The notes beneath the pieces were generated by a model that was not told where the DNA came from, ran no database searches, and saw only the letters and a list, made by a program, of their open reading frames with translations. From Ministeria vibrans ATCC 50519 (Eukaryota; Protista; Filasterea), in contig CALSCP010001494.1 of the NCBI GenBank assembly GCA_943704425.1, positions 123,296-187,295 on the forward strand: DNA of 64,000 nucleotides, written 5' to 3'. The number at the start of each line of letters is the position of its first letter. The first letter of the stretch is position 1. The translations under genes were made by a program, and so were the position numbers. Positions 40,328-53,300 of the stretch are shown here, piece by piece.

Positions 40328-42327
40328 ATGCGTCTTTTACGACTGAGCAGCCTTCTTGGGCTTGTGGTCATTGCTCTCGTTTTCAGTGTTGACGCCAAGA
40401 AAGCACGTAAAATAGACTTCCAACGGATGCGCGCTAGGGACGGTCGTCTTGTCGCGTATGCAGACAACCTAATTCCGTCTGGGATGCTTGTAAAACTGAC
40501 TCAAATTTTTCACGGAGTACGAAAGCCAAAAAACACACACTGTGACGTTTCCTTGTTTGTCTCATTTTCACTCCTTCCCTTTGTCTGTTCAGGGGCAGTT
40601 CCCCCTGCGATACACCTTCTTTGATGAGTATGTGGAGGGCCGTTCGCCAACGGCTGCCGATGTAAGGGCGAACCGTCCCAATGCGGGATGTTATGTTTCG
40701 CGAGTTCGCACTGACACTCATTGTGTGTTGTAGCTCAAGAATGACTTTCGCTTTGCGATGACACTGCCGGCGGAGGAGTTTGAGACGACTCGGATGTGGA
40801 AGGGTCTCAAGAGGATGGCGTTGGAGGGACTGGAGATGCCGGCGACGTCGGAACTGCATCTGGCCGAAGTGAGTGTTCATGTACTGCGCCGCATGGATCG
40901 CACGGTGGCGTACAACAGTTCGAAGGCGGGTCTGGGAGACGTGAATATCTGTCTGTTCTTGTCGCCCGACTGGAAGAAGAACCACTACGGCGATGCGCTG
41001 TTCTACGACGACGACCGCAGTGTGGTGGGTGCTGTACATCCAGTCTTTGGACGCACCGTCTTCTTTGACGCGTCCCTCGCACACTTACCCCACCCACCGT
41101 CCATGGTGCGTGAGAAATTGCAGATTATGTACATGTTTCGTGCGGTGGGTGACGAGGCACGGGCGCTTGAGACACGCCAGCACATCAACGAGCACCTTGC
41201 GACGGTAGCAGAGGAGCAGAGGGCATTTACGACCTTTGCGGGACTCCCACCGATTTCCGAGACGCCCGTTTTGAAGGTGGATGCGCTTCCGTGGGGCCAC
41301 GCGACGAACCGACGGGGTCAGCATGTGTACTATGTTGACGGGGCGTTTAGCAAGACGGAGGTGGATCTGTTGCGGCGCTACTTTGTGCGGCACTCGCAAT
41401 GGAACGTCAACGACCGAGTGTCCGACTCGGACGTTGAAGCCGACGGCGTCAATGTCGTTTCCCTCTACGACATTGATTCCTTTGTTTCCACTGTCGTCTG
41501 GGGCAAAATGAAGCAGGCAAGCACTAGCGCAAGAGTTGAAGCAAAAGAGAGAGCGAGAGACAGAGAGATAGTCGTCTGATTGTGTGTGTGTGTTTGCGTG
41601 TGTGTAGTTAATTGACCATGTGACCCCTGCCAGTCGCAAGACATGGTATCCGTATGACGTTGCAACAAACCTGATTCAGTCGGTTGACGACACTCGCATC
41701 CACGAAGACGGAAACCAGGACGAAGACGAATGGACCCTTCTCATGTCAGTACACAATTCACTTATTCACTTACTCACTCAATTGTTTCTAAACGACCCAC
41801 AGGTATCTCAACCCCGGATGGACTTCCAATGACCTTGGTCAGACAGCCTTCTACGAGTGGCCCCGTCGCTGCAAGGCCAAGGTCAATGTCGCCCTTGAGT
41901 GCAAGGGCCAGGAGGACTACGAGCTCTTCTGCCAGGTCTGCTCTCCCTGTGTTTCTTCACCCTTTTTGTCTCTCTGTGTGCGTATGTGATCGGAATCACT
42001 TTGTTTCCTTCTCTCTCACTTCTCTCTGTGTATCTCTCTCTCTGGAGTGTCTCTGGTCTGTCTTGTGTGTGTTTGTCTGTCCGTCTGTCGCTTACTCTCT
42101 CTTTTGTGTTTATTTTGGTGCAGGTGACACCCAAGTTTGGTCGTCTTGCGCTGTTTCAAGGGCGCATCCCGCATGCGGCTCGTCCGCCGTCAGTGGGCCG
42201 CGCTGGTCCCCGTTACTCGTTTGCCGTCAAGCTCAGTGTCAACAAGGAGGTGGCAAAGGAGAAGGGGCCCGAAGGGAGTCCACAGCGTGGGATGCCCGAG
42301 GACGATGAAGAAGAGGAAAGCTATTGA
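40328..42327 (+). CDS. Secreted/ER protein with two tandem 2OG-Fe(II) oxygenase domains
   Basis: Signal peptide. Domain 1 is LFLSPDW..YGDALFY..VHPVFGRTVFFDASLAH. Domain 2 is IHED..YLNPGW..VTPKFGRLALFQGRIPHAARPP..RYSFAVK. Confidence 0.8.
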
Positions 42328-42513
42328 AGAAGTAGAAGAAGACATTTGAGGAAAACTATAAACTATTGAGCAAACAAACGTATTAATTTTTGATCTTTAT
42401 TCAGATTTCAGACTGAATTCTGATTTCTGAAAAGTGAAATGAGTTGTGAGACAACTAAGCATTAACAATTTTTCTTTCTTTTTTGAGAGTTCTGTTCAAT
42501 ATTTGGACGCACG

Positions 42514-44869
42514 ATGCCTACAATGCTAATATTACCGTTGGAGCTGGCGCCCACAGCCAAAACGGACGACAAAGCGTTTAGTATTGTTCCGCCCTCTGTG
42601 CGCGCCGGTACGTGGCCCCCTCGCACGCGCCCTGCGGTTGACCCTCCTCATTGTGTTGTGTTTGGCCACCACCAGCGGCGCTGCGGTTTGTGCGGGGCAT
42701 GAAGCGCCACAGCTTTGAGGATCCCATTGGGGCGTTGGTCGCCGGCAAGTCGACGCGCGTCTACCCGCCCGGCGCCGACGTGAACAAGATCGAGACGGCC
42801 ATTGGCAAGCTGTATGCCCTGCTGCTGCGGGTGCGCTTGCTGGTCGTTTACACGCTTGTATATGTGTCTGTAGGTATCAGAGTGGCGAAACGCAAATGAC
42901 CATTTTGGAGCAGGGCGAGCGAGTCATCACTACACTGCACGACCTCAAGACACACGACGCCAAAGCCACAGTGCCCTCCCCGCTTCACCTTATTATTGCT
43001 TCTTTCCAACAATGCTGTACGGAAACAGTGAGATAGATAGAGATAGAGAGATAGATAGAGAGATGGAGAGTTTGAGAGTTTGAGAGTTTGAGAGAGTTTG
43101 AGAGAAAGTTTGAGTTTGAGAGAGAGTTTGAGTTTGAGAGAGAGTTTGAGTTTGAGAGAGAGTTTGAGAGAGAGTTTGAGAGAGAGAGAGAGTTTGAGAG
43201 AGTTTGAGATGGAGAGTTTGAGAGAGAGAGAGAGAGGAGAAACAAAGTGATAGAGAGAGAAAAACAAAGTGATAGAGAGACAAAGTGATAGAGAGACAAA
43301 GTGATAGAGAAACAAAGTGATAGAGAGACAAAGTGATAGAGAGACAAAAGTGATAGACGCTCTTTTGTTTAGCGACTTCGGTGCTTCACACTCTTATCCG
43401 TCAATATAACGGAACGATGACCATTTCGTACATTGACATTCGTGCGTTGCGCAACCAACAAGTACAGCAGCGCTCAGCGAAACGCAAACGCGAACCAGAC
43501 GACGCAGACGACTACGACGGCTCAAGCAAGGCACCCTCAGCGCGCACACAACCCACCACCTCCACCACCTCCACAACTGCAAGCAACATGGAGAGCGACG
43601 ACTTTGACCCCCGCCGCAACAAGGACGCTGCACAGCGTGCCGTTGACAGCGGCGTAGCCAGTGGCGCTGTTGTGCGCTACACTGCCCAGTCCGAAGACGA
43701 CATCACCCGTCTCTTTGCATTTCTCTTTGAACGAAACTGTATGAACACATAGCGCATGCACACACTGAGCGATACTAACCGACTCACTTGCTTTTTTTTG
43801 TTTCCAGACCGGGTGTTTCACGGTTCTGTCTCGTGCGGGCACCTTCACTCCCCGTTCCGCATCTACCCGTGTCCGTCTTCACAGCTACTCGCTGCTCTTC
43901 ACCTCATTACTCCGGCCACAGCACTCCCCTCTCCCGCCCCGTCTGCCCCTCTCAACATCACTCTCCCTTCTTCTCTCTCCATTGTCGGTTTCTTCCGTGA
44001 CTCTCATCCCGCTTTGCGTTTCCCCCCTCAGCTCTTTTCAACTCACCTCCATCCAAAAGTACGACACCGCTCCCTCTCACCCTCCATTGCTGTATATATA
44101 TATTTATATATATTCACACTCACACATCCTGATAGGGCACGTCGGGCGAACCGTGTCTCGTGCGTCTTCTTGCTGGGTCCCTACTAGCTCCCTTCTACGC
44201 CGACGCCGTCCGCCGCGTTGCCCTCGCCCGTCTTGACTCCAACTGGTACGCACTGCTCTACCCAGACTCAGTCAATGCTCGAGAAGGTATATATATATGT
44301 ACATACAGATAGAGAGAAAGAGAGCGTGAGAAGTCAAATTGATGACCCAATCTGTGCAGCGCTGCTCATGCGTGTTCTACCGCACGGCCCTGCACCCCTC
44401 CCTGGCCTCCCTGCTCTCTCCCTTCTCTGCTCTGTGCCTCTCTCCGACCCACGTGTCGCTGCCGATGACCTTTGTGGTGCCCGCCTAGCTGCAGAACATC
44501 GCTCTTCTCAATCCTTTTTCGCCCCTGCTGAGCACATCAAAGCCATTTCGAACCCTGAAAAGGTGTTGAGGGTAAGATGCTCCTTTCTCTGTCTCTGTCT
44601 GTGCCTGTCTGATCAAAGTGCCTCTTTTTGTTTAGACACTCTACACAAACACTATGACGAATGCTAGCACGTCGGCGACGTCGACGGCCGCTGACAAGCT
44701 CCAATCAGAAGCAATGCGCTTCAATCGTCTCAGTCGCCGACTGGGCATGTCTCAGGCCCGTCTGGCCCTTGCGGACGATCTTGCCCGCTTAGCGGCCTCT
44801 TCTACCCCACCAGACCCCAATATTGCACCCAAAGTGATCCTGGCGGCCGTTGAGGCGCTCAGACTGTAA
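42514..44869 (+). CDS. INTS14: Divergent Integrator subunit 14 (VWA9)-like protein
   Basis: The MPT start, FHGSVSCGHLHSPFRIYP.P, LSIVGF, LFSTHL and C-terminal EAMRFNRLSRRLG..LADDL resemble the INTS14 motif order. Some exon boundaries are uncertain. Confidence 0.68.
43025..43356. repeat. Intronic compound minisatellite, (GAGAGTTT)n plus (ACAAAGTGATAGAGAG)n
   Basis: Direct tandem repeats; the same motif recurs in many introns of this window. Confidence 0.9.
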
Positions 44870-45495
44870 AATTAATCAAAATACTTTCGTGTTGGAATTT
44901 GCTAGTTTGGAATTTGTCAAATCGAAAACAATTTACGAATTAATGCAAAATTACAAAATACAAATTACTCGTTTTGTTTGACCTACTAGTGTAAGTCCAT
45001 GTCAGTCCACGAAGTCCCCATCGTTGTGTGTTGCGGTGCACGTCAAAGCAATTAGAATTATAACAATTTGAACTCAAACGACCGCTTCGCCCTATTCCTG
45101 TCGTCGACACACTCTCGCGTGCTCAACGTCTTTTTCTCCCGTATGCCCTAACGACGGCAGTGAAATTGATAACGAACACACAGTGAAAAAGAAAGAAAAA
45201 GAAAAAAAAAATGAAATTATGCTGACGACCTCTCGTTCGCCCTCATCCGCCATGCGCACACGCATTGGTTTGCTCCTACACTCTTTATCGTTTTGTACAC
45301 CATGCGGTACATGACGCCGCCACTCGTTTAATGGGCGTGTTCGTGAGTTTTTATGCGGTTGCTATGAAGCGAGATATTACTATTATTATTATGACAGACA
45401 TCTTGTCCACTCCTCATCGTTCGTTGCGCGGCGTTTCCCCTCCCCTTTTCACTCTCACTCTCACACACACTCTCTCTTACTCTCTCTAGAGCATC

Positions 45496-46018
<523 letters not shown>

Positions 46019-46061
46019 ACGATTAAAAAGAAAAGTCTCTGTACAAGTGAAAGTGGATTCC

Positions 46062-47072
46062 TTATGAAGATTGAGCCCACTGCCAAGGCTGCGAACACGT
46101 CGGACACGTGTGTGCCTTTTCAAAGAAGCGTGTACCGCAGTGCTCATGGACACGCGCGGGACAGTCGGGCGAGGGACAGCGAAAGGCGCGCACGACGAGA
46201 GTATGACACAACGCACACTCGTCAATGCCGTCGGTCGAGCGCACCAGGTCACTCAGTTCGAGTACTGTACGCACACCCACGCACAGCTCGTCGCTATCGT
46301 CCAGTTGCACCAGCCAGCCATCGGCAATCCATTTTGCACACAGCTCTTCGCATCGCTCGAGGCCACCGGTGACCGTTCGCTGCGAATCGAGATGCGACCG
46401 AAATTTTACCGCCTCCATTCGCGACAACGAACCCTCGTCGCTGCGCAGGATCTCTTCAATCTGTTTGGAGACAAATCCTCACCATCAGACACAGACACAT
46501 ACACAAGACACATACACAGACACAGTGACACAAGACACAGCCACAGACATAGTGACACAGACACACAAACACATCGTACAATTTTCTTGAAGAATAAAAC
46601 TTCAACGGGACTCAAGGAGGTTGCCAATTTAGCTCGTTCGTCATTGTGGGTGTTGGTCTGCGTCAAACAAAAGTCCAAGCAAGCGCGCCAGTGAGTGAAA
46701 CGGTTTCAATAAGTCGCGCGCATCTTACAAAAACCCAAAACACATCGCCCGTGGCATTCTCGGCGCGCCCACTCTTGATGCCAAACCCAAACGGCTCGAG
46801 GTGGCGGTTGATGTGTGCAACAAAGGACTCAAGATCTCGAAAGAGCTCTACAGAAAGATAAAGGTTAAAGCTCCACCAAAGATCGACCAGAATACCATTC
46901 CTATGGAATCCATCCTTTAGCCTCTCATAGAGACTGTGCATATCTTGGTCAGCCACAATCCTGAAGAGACAAAAAGGAAGAAGGGAGGGAGTTGATTCTG
47001 TTGAGCGTTAGTTGTGCTAACTTACCTTCGTGACATGACTGCCTGTACCAGCAACCGATGCGCGTTCTCCAT
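46062..47072 (-). CDS. NSMCE1: SMC5/6 complex subunit NSE1
   Basis: HRLLVQAVMSR, IN.HL.PFG..I, KLAT.LS..E..FFKK, W..DGWL, VGVR.VLEL and a C-terminal RING-like CALC..C..C..H..C..CPTC..PW. Confidence 0.92.
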
Positions 47073-47332
47073 CTCTGATGAGTCTGATCTCTGATCTTAA
47101 TGATCAATAGTGAAAGTTGTGTGAAGTTGCTACTTGCTTATACAGAGATCAATAAAATATTCGAAAATTGGATCTTCATAATAAAAAATATAATTCTTAG
47201 CCCTATTCTCCACCTCACACTTCCCGCAGGCCTTCCCAGCTCTCAGGTTCAGTGGCGCACGTGTCACCTGGAGAATCCCTGGAACTGTGTTCTCCTTCAT
47301 TTATTTATTTCCACACACACGTCTTGCTCGCC

Positions 47333-50300
47333 ATGGCGTGTAGCCTCTTACAACTCACTCGACTGCTGACCTTGAACGCACCTCGTTTGAGCGTGCTCGT
47401 ATTAGTCGTCTGTCTCTGTCTCGGTATGTTAGTTCAGTCCCCACTGAAAACTCTGTGACGTCAAAAACGTTTCCCAATGCACAAAGTGCCATTCGGACTC
47501 AATGGCCCTCGCCGTGTATCACCCCCGACTCACACTCGGTGTCTTAATGCCTCTGTGAAACCTCTCAGGCCCAACCGCGCTCGTTTTGCGGTGTAGTTTG
47601 TGTGTGCTGACGTCACTCTATGGCGTACTGACCTTTATTCGTTTTTTTTATTTTATTTCGACAGGCCCTTCGCCGTGCCAGGCTGAGGACAACGCCCCCA
47701 TCGAATGTTTCAATGGCGGAACGGCGGTTGCGTCGTCGTGTGGACCAAACCAAAACAGGATTTTGGGCACAGACAGTGGAGAGTACAATTCGCACATTGA
47801 AGTTGACGCGTCAACTGGGCGCTACATACACATTGGCGACTCTGCAGGCGACTGGCCCGCCTCATCTATCCCCGACCCAAGTTCTCGCGGTGTTGTAATC
47901 AACGTTTACAGCCAGGTATTAACTTCGAATCATCTTATTGTTCAATTTGTGTCATATTCGATCGTCTCCTCTCTTTTGTAGGCCACAAACGCTCTCTTAC
48001 TCACCGAAGTGTATGACAGTCACCTTTCGGACGTAGTCTACGACACTTTCATCTCGCCAAGCACGAGCCCTACTACATATTCTTCGATGCTCTACATTGG
48101 CGGCCGCACTGCAGGCGACTTTGGCGGACCTAACGCTGGTAGGAAACTGCCTGTGCGCCTCTTCCTGTTCTCATTTCAAATTGTTGTTTTTTTTTTCTTA
48201 CTGGTTTGTAGGAGGCGACGATGCTTTTGTGATGTCTGTAAACATTCTCACGGGTGCGAAGGAGTTCGTTGCTCAAGAGGGCAGCGTTGCGGACGAAAGT
48301 GTGCGTGCTGTTGTTCATGACGCTGTCTCGGGTCTGACCTTTGCCTTTGGCTTCACCCTTGGTACGTCTGAGCGCACATATGCTACGTTTGCTTCCGTCT
48401 CACTCACTATATCTTTTTCTTGGTATTGTGTAGGGAATATGTTTCGCACATCTTTGGGTGGCGAAGACATGTTCATGTATTCTGTGAATGCGGCCGGTAC
48501 ACGTGTTCACTCACTACAGTGGGGCACGGTCGAGGACGACGAAGGTCTGGCTCTGGCCATCGACAGTCCTCGCAACCGACTGTACGCACTAGGACGCACG
48601 CGCGGCCCTATTTACGGCACCACCTTTGGCAGCAAGGACATGCTTCTCATGCGCTTCGAGGCGTCTACCATGCTTCTCCTGGAAGCTGTTCGTCTTGGCG
48701 GTCCAGGCTCCGAAAATGGGTAAGAAATGAAAAAAAAAAAACAAAAAACAAAAAAACAAAGGCAAAAGCAAAAGATGTAATTTATAATAACAATAATAAT
48801 TATTATTATGTAAATATGCTTATGTTTGATCAGGCAAACGATGGAACTTGATTCGTCAAACGAAGCCATCTTCATCGGAGGCTACACGAGCGACGACCTG
48901 TACGGAGGGATTAACAAAGGCATTGACGATGCCTTTGTTATGCGCGTCCGCATCCACGACCTCGCTGTCGTCTGGTGCAGTCTCATGGGCTCTGCCGGGT
49001 GCGTTCATGCCTTGCATAGTGTTGGAGTTATGTTTTGTCTTTTTTTCTAAACGATTTTTCTTTTGTAGTGACGAGAGTACCGAAGGGATTGCAATGGATT
49101 TTGGGTTGGGTCTTCTCTTTGCGACGGGTTGGACAGAACTTGATCTGTTTGACCCGACCCGCACCACAATGCACCCGCGTGACCACTTCCGTGCAACGCT
49201 TGACATCCACACGGGCGAGCTTGTCGATTCGTACCAGTGGGCGACCCTTCTCGACGCCGACGATCCCGATGTCGCTTGTGACGACCAGTCTCACACTGTG
49301 TACTACACCGGTGAGAATGAAAGGAGACGAAAGAATTCACTGTGTGCTGATTGACCGGGGGGGGGGGTTTCTCTTTGTCATTGCTCATTAGGTTACACGG
49401 ACAATGACCTTGCCGGGACAGGCGCTTCGCTTGGCGGTCATGACTTTGTGATCCGTTCGACTTGTCTTGCGCCCCTTGGCTACTGTAACTGTCCACCGGG
49501 CTATTATGGTCTTACCTGTGCCTCGAGTGCCTGCAACGAAACAACGACCCCCTGTCAGAATGGAGGCACATGTGTCCCCTCCTCAAACCCCACCAACGGC
49601 AACACCACCTGTCTGTGCCCATCTGGCTATACAGGTCCCACCTGTTCGCAGGTGTTGCTGCCGTGCGAGTCGAGTCCGTGCCAAAACGGCGGCTCCTGTT
49701 TGGAGGGTTTTATTTTGGGGGGTACTTCAACTCTCTACTACGCGTGTGTTTGTATGGCGGGCTTTACAGGCGCCGAATGCCAGAACAACATCGACGAGTG
49801 TGCGTCGAGCCCCTGCCTCAATGGTGCGACGTGTGTTGATGGTGTCAATGGCTACTCGTGTACTTGTCCTGCGGGCTGGGAGGGCAATACCTGTGTTACC
49901 AATACGGACGAGTGTGCGTCGAATCCGTGCCCTACTGCCGCGACCTGTATTGACATCGTCAATGGATATTCCTGTGTGTGCCAAGGACCATTTTCTGACG
50001 TCCTCTGCGACCCCGAATTGGACGAGTGCATATCAAACCCGTGCCAGAACGGTGCGTCATGTGTCGATGAACTCTACAGCTATTCGTGTACTTGTGCCGT
50101 TGGCTGGCAGGGAACTCTATGCGAGACGAATATCAACGAGTGCGCGTCGACTCCGTGCCAAAACAATGGCGTGTGCGTGGACGAAGTCAATGGGTACACA
50201 TGCGATTGTGTCGCAGGCTGGGAGGGCGCCCAGTGCCAGACCGATACCAACGAGTGCGCGTCGAATCCGTGCCAGAACGGCGGCGGATGTCTCAATGGTC

Positions 50301-53300
50301 CGGGCATATTCTTATGTGAATGCCCAAGTGGGTGGAATGGACCGATGTGCGAGATCAACGTTGACGAGTGCGCATCGAATCCATGTATCAACGCAGCTAC
50401 GTGTGTCGACGGCGTCAATGGTTTCACATGCGTGTGTGTCGCGGGTTTCCACGGACCTGTGTGCCAGTTCCACACCAACGAGTGCGCGTCGACTCCGTGC
50501 CAGAACAATGGTGTGTGCGTGGACGAAGTCAATGGGTACGCATGCAGTTGTGTTGCGGGCTACGAGGGTACGCATTGTCAGACCAACATCGACGAGTGCG
50601 CGTCGACTCCGTGCCAGAACAATGGTGTGTGCGTGGACGAAGTCAATGGGTACACATGCAGTTGTGTTGCGGGCTACGAGGGTACGCATTGTCAGACCAA
50701 CATCGACGAGTGCGCGTCGACTCCGTGCCAGAACAATGGTGTGTGCGTGGACGAAGTCAATGGGTACACATGCAGTTGTGTTGCGGGCTACGAGGGTACG
50801 TATTGTCAGACCAACATCGACGAGTGCGCGTCGAATCCGTGTCAGAACGGCGGCGCCTGCGTTGACTACGTCAACTCATACACGTGCCGCTGCATCACTG
50901 GCTACCACGGCGCTCAGTGCCAGACCGATACGAACGAGTGCGCTTCGAATCCATGTATCAACGCAGCTACGTGTGTCGACGGCGTCAATGGTTTCACATG
51001 CGTGTGTGTCGCGGGTTTCCACGGACCTGTGTGCCAGTTCCACACCAACGAGTGTGCGTCGACTCCGTGCCAGAACAATGGTGTGTGCATGGACGAAGTC
51101 AATGGGTACACATGCAGTTGTGTTGCGGGCTACGAGGGTGCGCATTGTCAGACCAACATCGACGAGTGCGCGTCGAATCCGTGTCAGAACGACGGCGCCT
51201 GCGTTGATAACGTCAACTCATACACGTGCAACTGTGTCACTGGCTACCACGGCGCTCAGTGCCAGACCGATACCAACGAGTGCGCGTCGAATCCGTGCCA
51301 GAACAATGGCGTGTGTGTCGACATTGCGAATGGGTACACATGCACTTGTGTCGCGGGCTGGGAGGGCGCCCAGTGCCAGACCGATACGAACGAGTGCGCA
51401 TCGAATCCATGTATCAACGCAGCTACGTGTGTCGACGGCGTCAATGGTTTCACATGCGTGTGTGTCGCGGGTTTCCACGGACCTGTGTGCCAGTTCCACA
51501 CCAACGAGTGTGCGTCGACTCCGTGCCAGAACAATGGTGTGTGCGTGGACGAAGTCAATGGGTACGCATGCAGTTGTGTTGCGGGCTACGAGGGTGCACA
51601 TTGTCAGACCAACATCGACGAGTGCGCGTCGACNNNNNNNNGTGCCAGAACAATGGTGTGTGCGTGGACGAAGTCAATGGGTACGCATGCAGTTGTGTTG
51701 CGGGCTACGAGGGTACACATTGTCAGACCAACATCGACGAGTGCGCGTCGAATCCGTGTCAGAACGACGGCGCCTGCGTTGATAACGTCAACTCATACAC
51801 GTGCAACTGTGTCACTGGCTACCACGGCGCTCAGTGCCAGACCGATACCAACGAGTGCGCGTCGAATCCGTGCCAGAACAATGGCGTGTGTGTCGACATT
51901 GCGAATGGGTACACATGCACTTGTGTCGCGGGCTGGGAGGGCGCCCAGTGCCAGACCGATACGAACGAGTGCGCATCGAATCCATGTATCAACGCAGCTA
52001 CGTGTGTCGACGGTGTCAATGGGTATACCTGCTTATGTGCCGTGGGGTTCCAAGGAGTCGTGTGCCAGGTCAACACCGACGAGTGCGCCTCTGCCCCTTG
52101 CCAAAACAACGGTGTGTGTGTCGATGGTATTGACGGCTTTGTCTGCGACTGTCTGACGGGCTTCCAGGGCACTCTCTGCCAGGTTAATACCGACGATTGC
52201 CCGTCGAATCGTTGCGAAAATGGCGCCACTTGTGTCGACGGCGTCGATGACTACACGTGCGCATGTGTTGCGGGATTTGAAGGCGATCTTTGCGCAACCA
52301 ACACCAACGAGTGTGCCTCTAACCCGTGCCAAAACACCGGTGTGTGCGTTGACACAGTCAATGGTTACCAGTGTGCTTGTGTCACTGGCTACACGGGTGC
52401 ATTGTGTCAGGTTGACATTGATGAGTGCGCGAGCAATCCGTGCCAGCACAGCGGGAAATGCGTCAATCGTATTGGCGGCTTTTCGTGTGAGTGTGCGTAC
52501 CATCACACGGGCGCGACGTGCGAAGAGATCAACAAGGATGTCGCCTCCGTGCTGGGCGTCTCATCAACTACCAACTCCACGAATCTCGTTTCGACGCTCG
52601 CCAATGTTACTGTGTCTTCTGAAAATATCGGTGCGTTTGCCGGAGTGGCTAAAAACCTGACGGAGGGCACGAGTGTCGAAGCTCTCTCCACGAGCGACAT
52701 CTCTTCTGTGGTCAAGTTCCTCAACAAGACGCTTGGCGTGAGTCTCGCTTCCGTTAACGACGTCATCCTCACCGACCTGGTTGACGTGACCAGCAATCTG
52801 TTGCGCAGTCCGACCCTCGCACCGGGCAGCAGCGCTTCCACTTCTTCCGAAGCTGTGACCTTTCTCGAACAGTTTTCGGCCAATGCGCTGGGCACGCCCG
52901 TGTTGTGTGCAAGCGAAGCGGCCGTTACTCGCGTCTTGCGCTCGTCCGACGGCCAAATCGAAGCGTCAGCGATGTCACGAACGGGAGCGCAACTGAGCAA
53001 CGGTGCTTCCTTTGAGCGCACCACCGACCGCGTATCGCGCTTCTCTGTCTCCGAACAGGTTGCCGAGCACGTTAGTGCGACGGTGGGAGCTACAACGTGC
53101 ACGCGCGTTGTACTCAATGCCATTGCTACCGCATCGTTCTTCCAAGCGAATACAGAGACGGAGGCGAGCGAGCTTGTCTCGAGCAATGTGTTCACCGTGA
53201 CCTTTGTCGACCTGTTGTTGCCCAGTCCACTGCCCAACGGTGGTAATGTGACGCTTACCATGCAGACGAGTGTGGATACGTTGGAGGCGGACGATTCACA

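Noticed and set aside
43240-43356. Similarity of GTGATAGAGA to the tet operator (vector contamination)
   Set aside because: Only a half-site matches, with no palindrome. The motif is dispersed through native introns.
51634-51641. Frameshift splitting GPCR #2 into two ORFs (pseudogene or programmed frameshift)
   Set aside because: The break coincides with an 8-N gap where the repeat unit requires 3 nt (TCC), so it is an assembly artefact.
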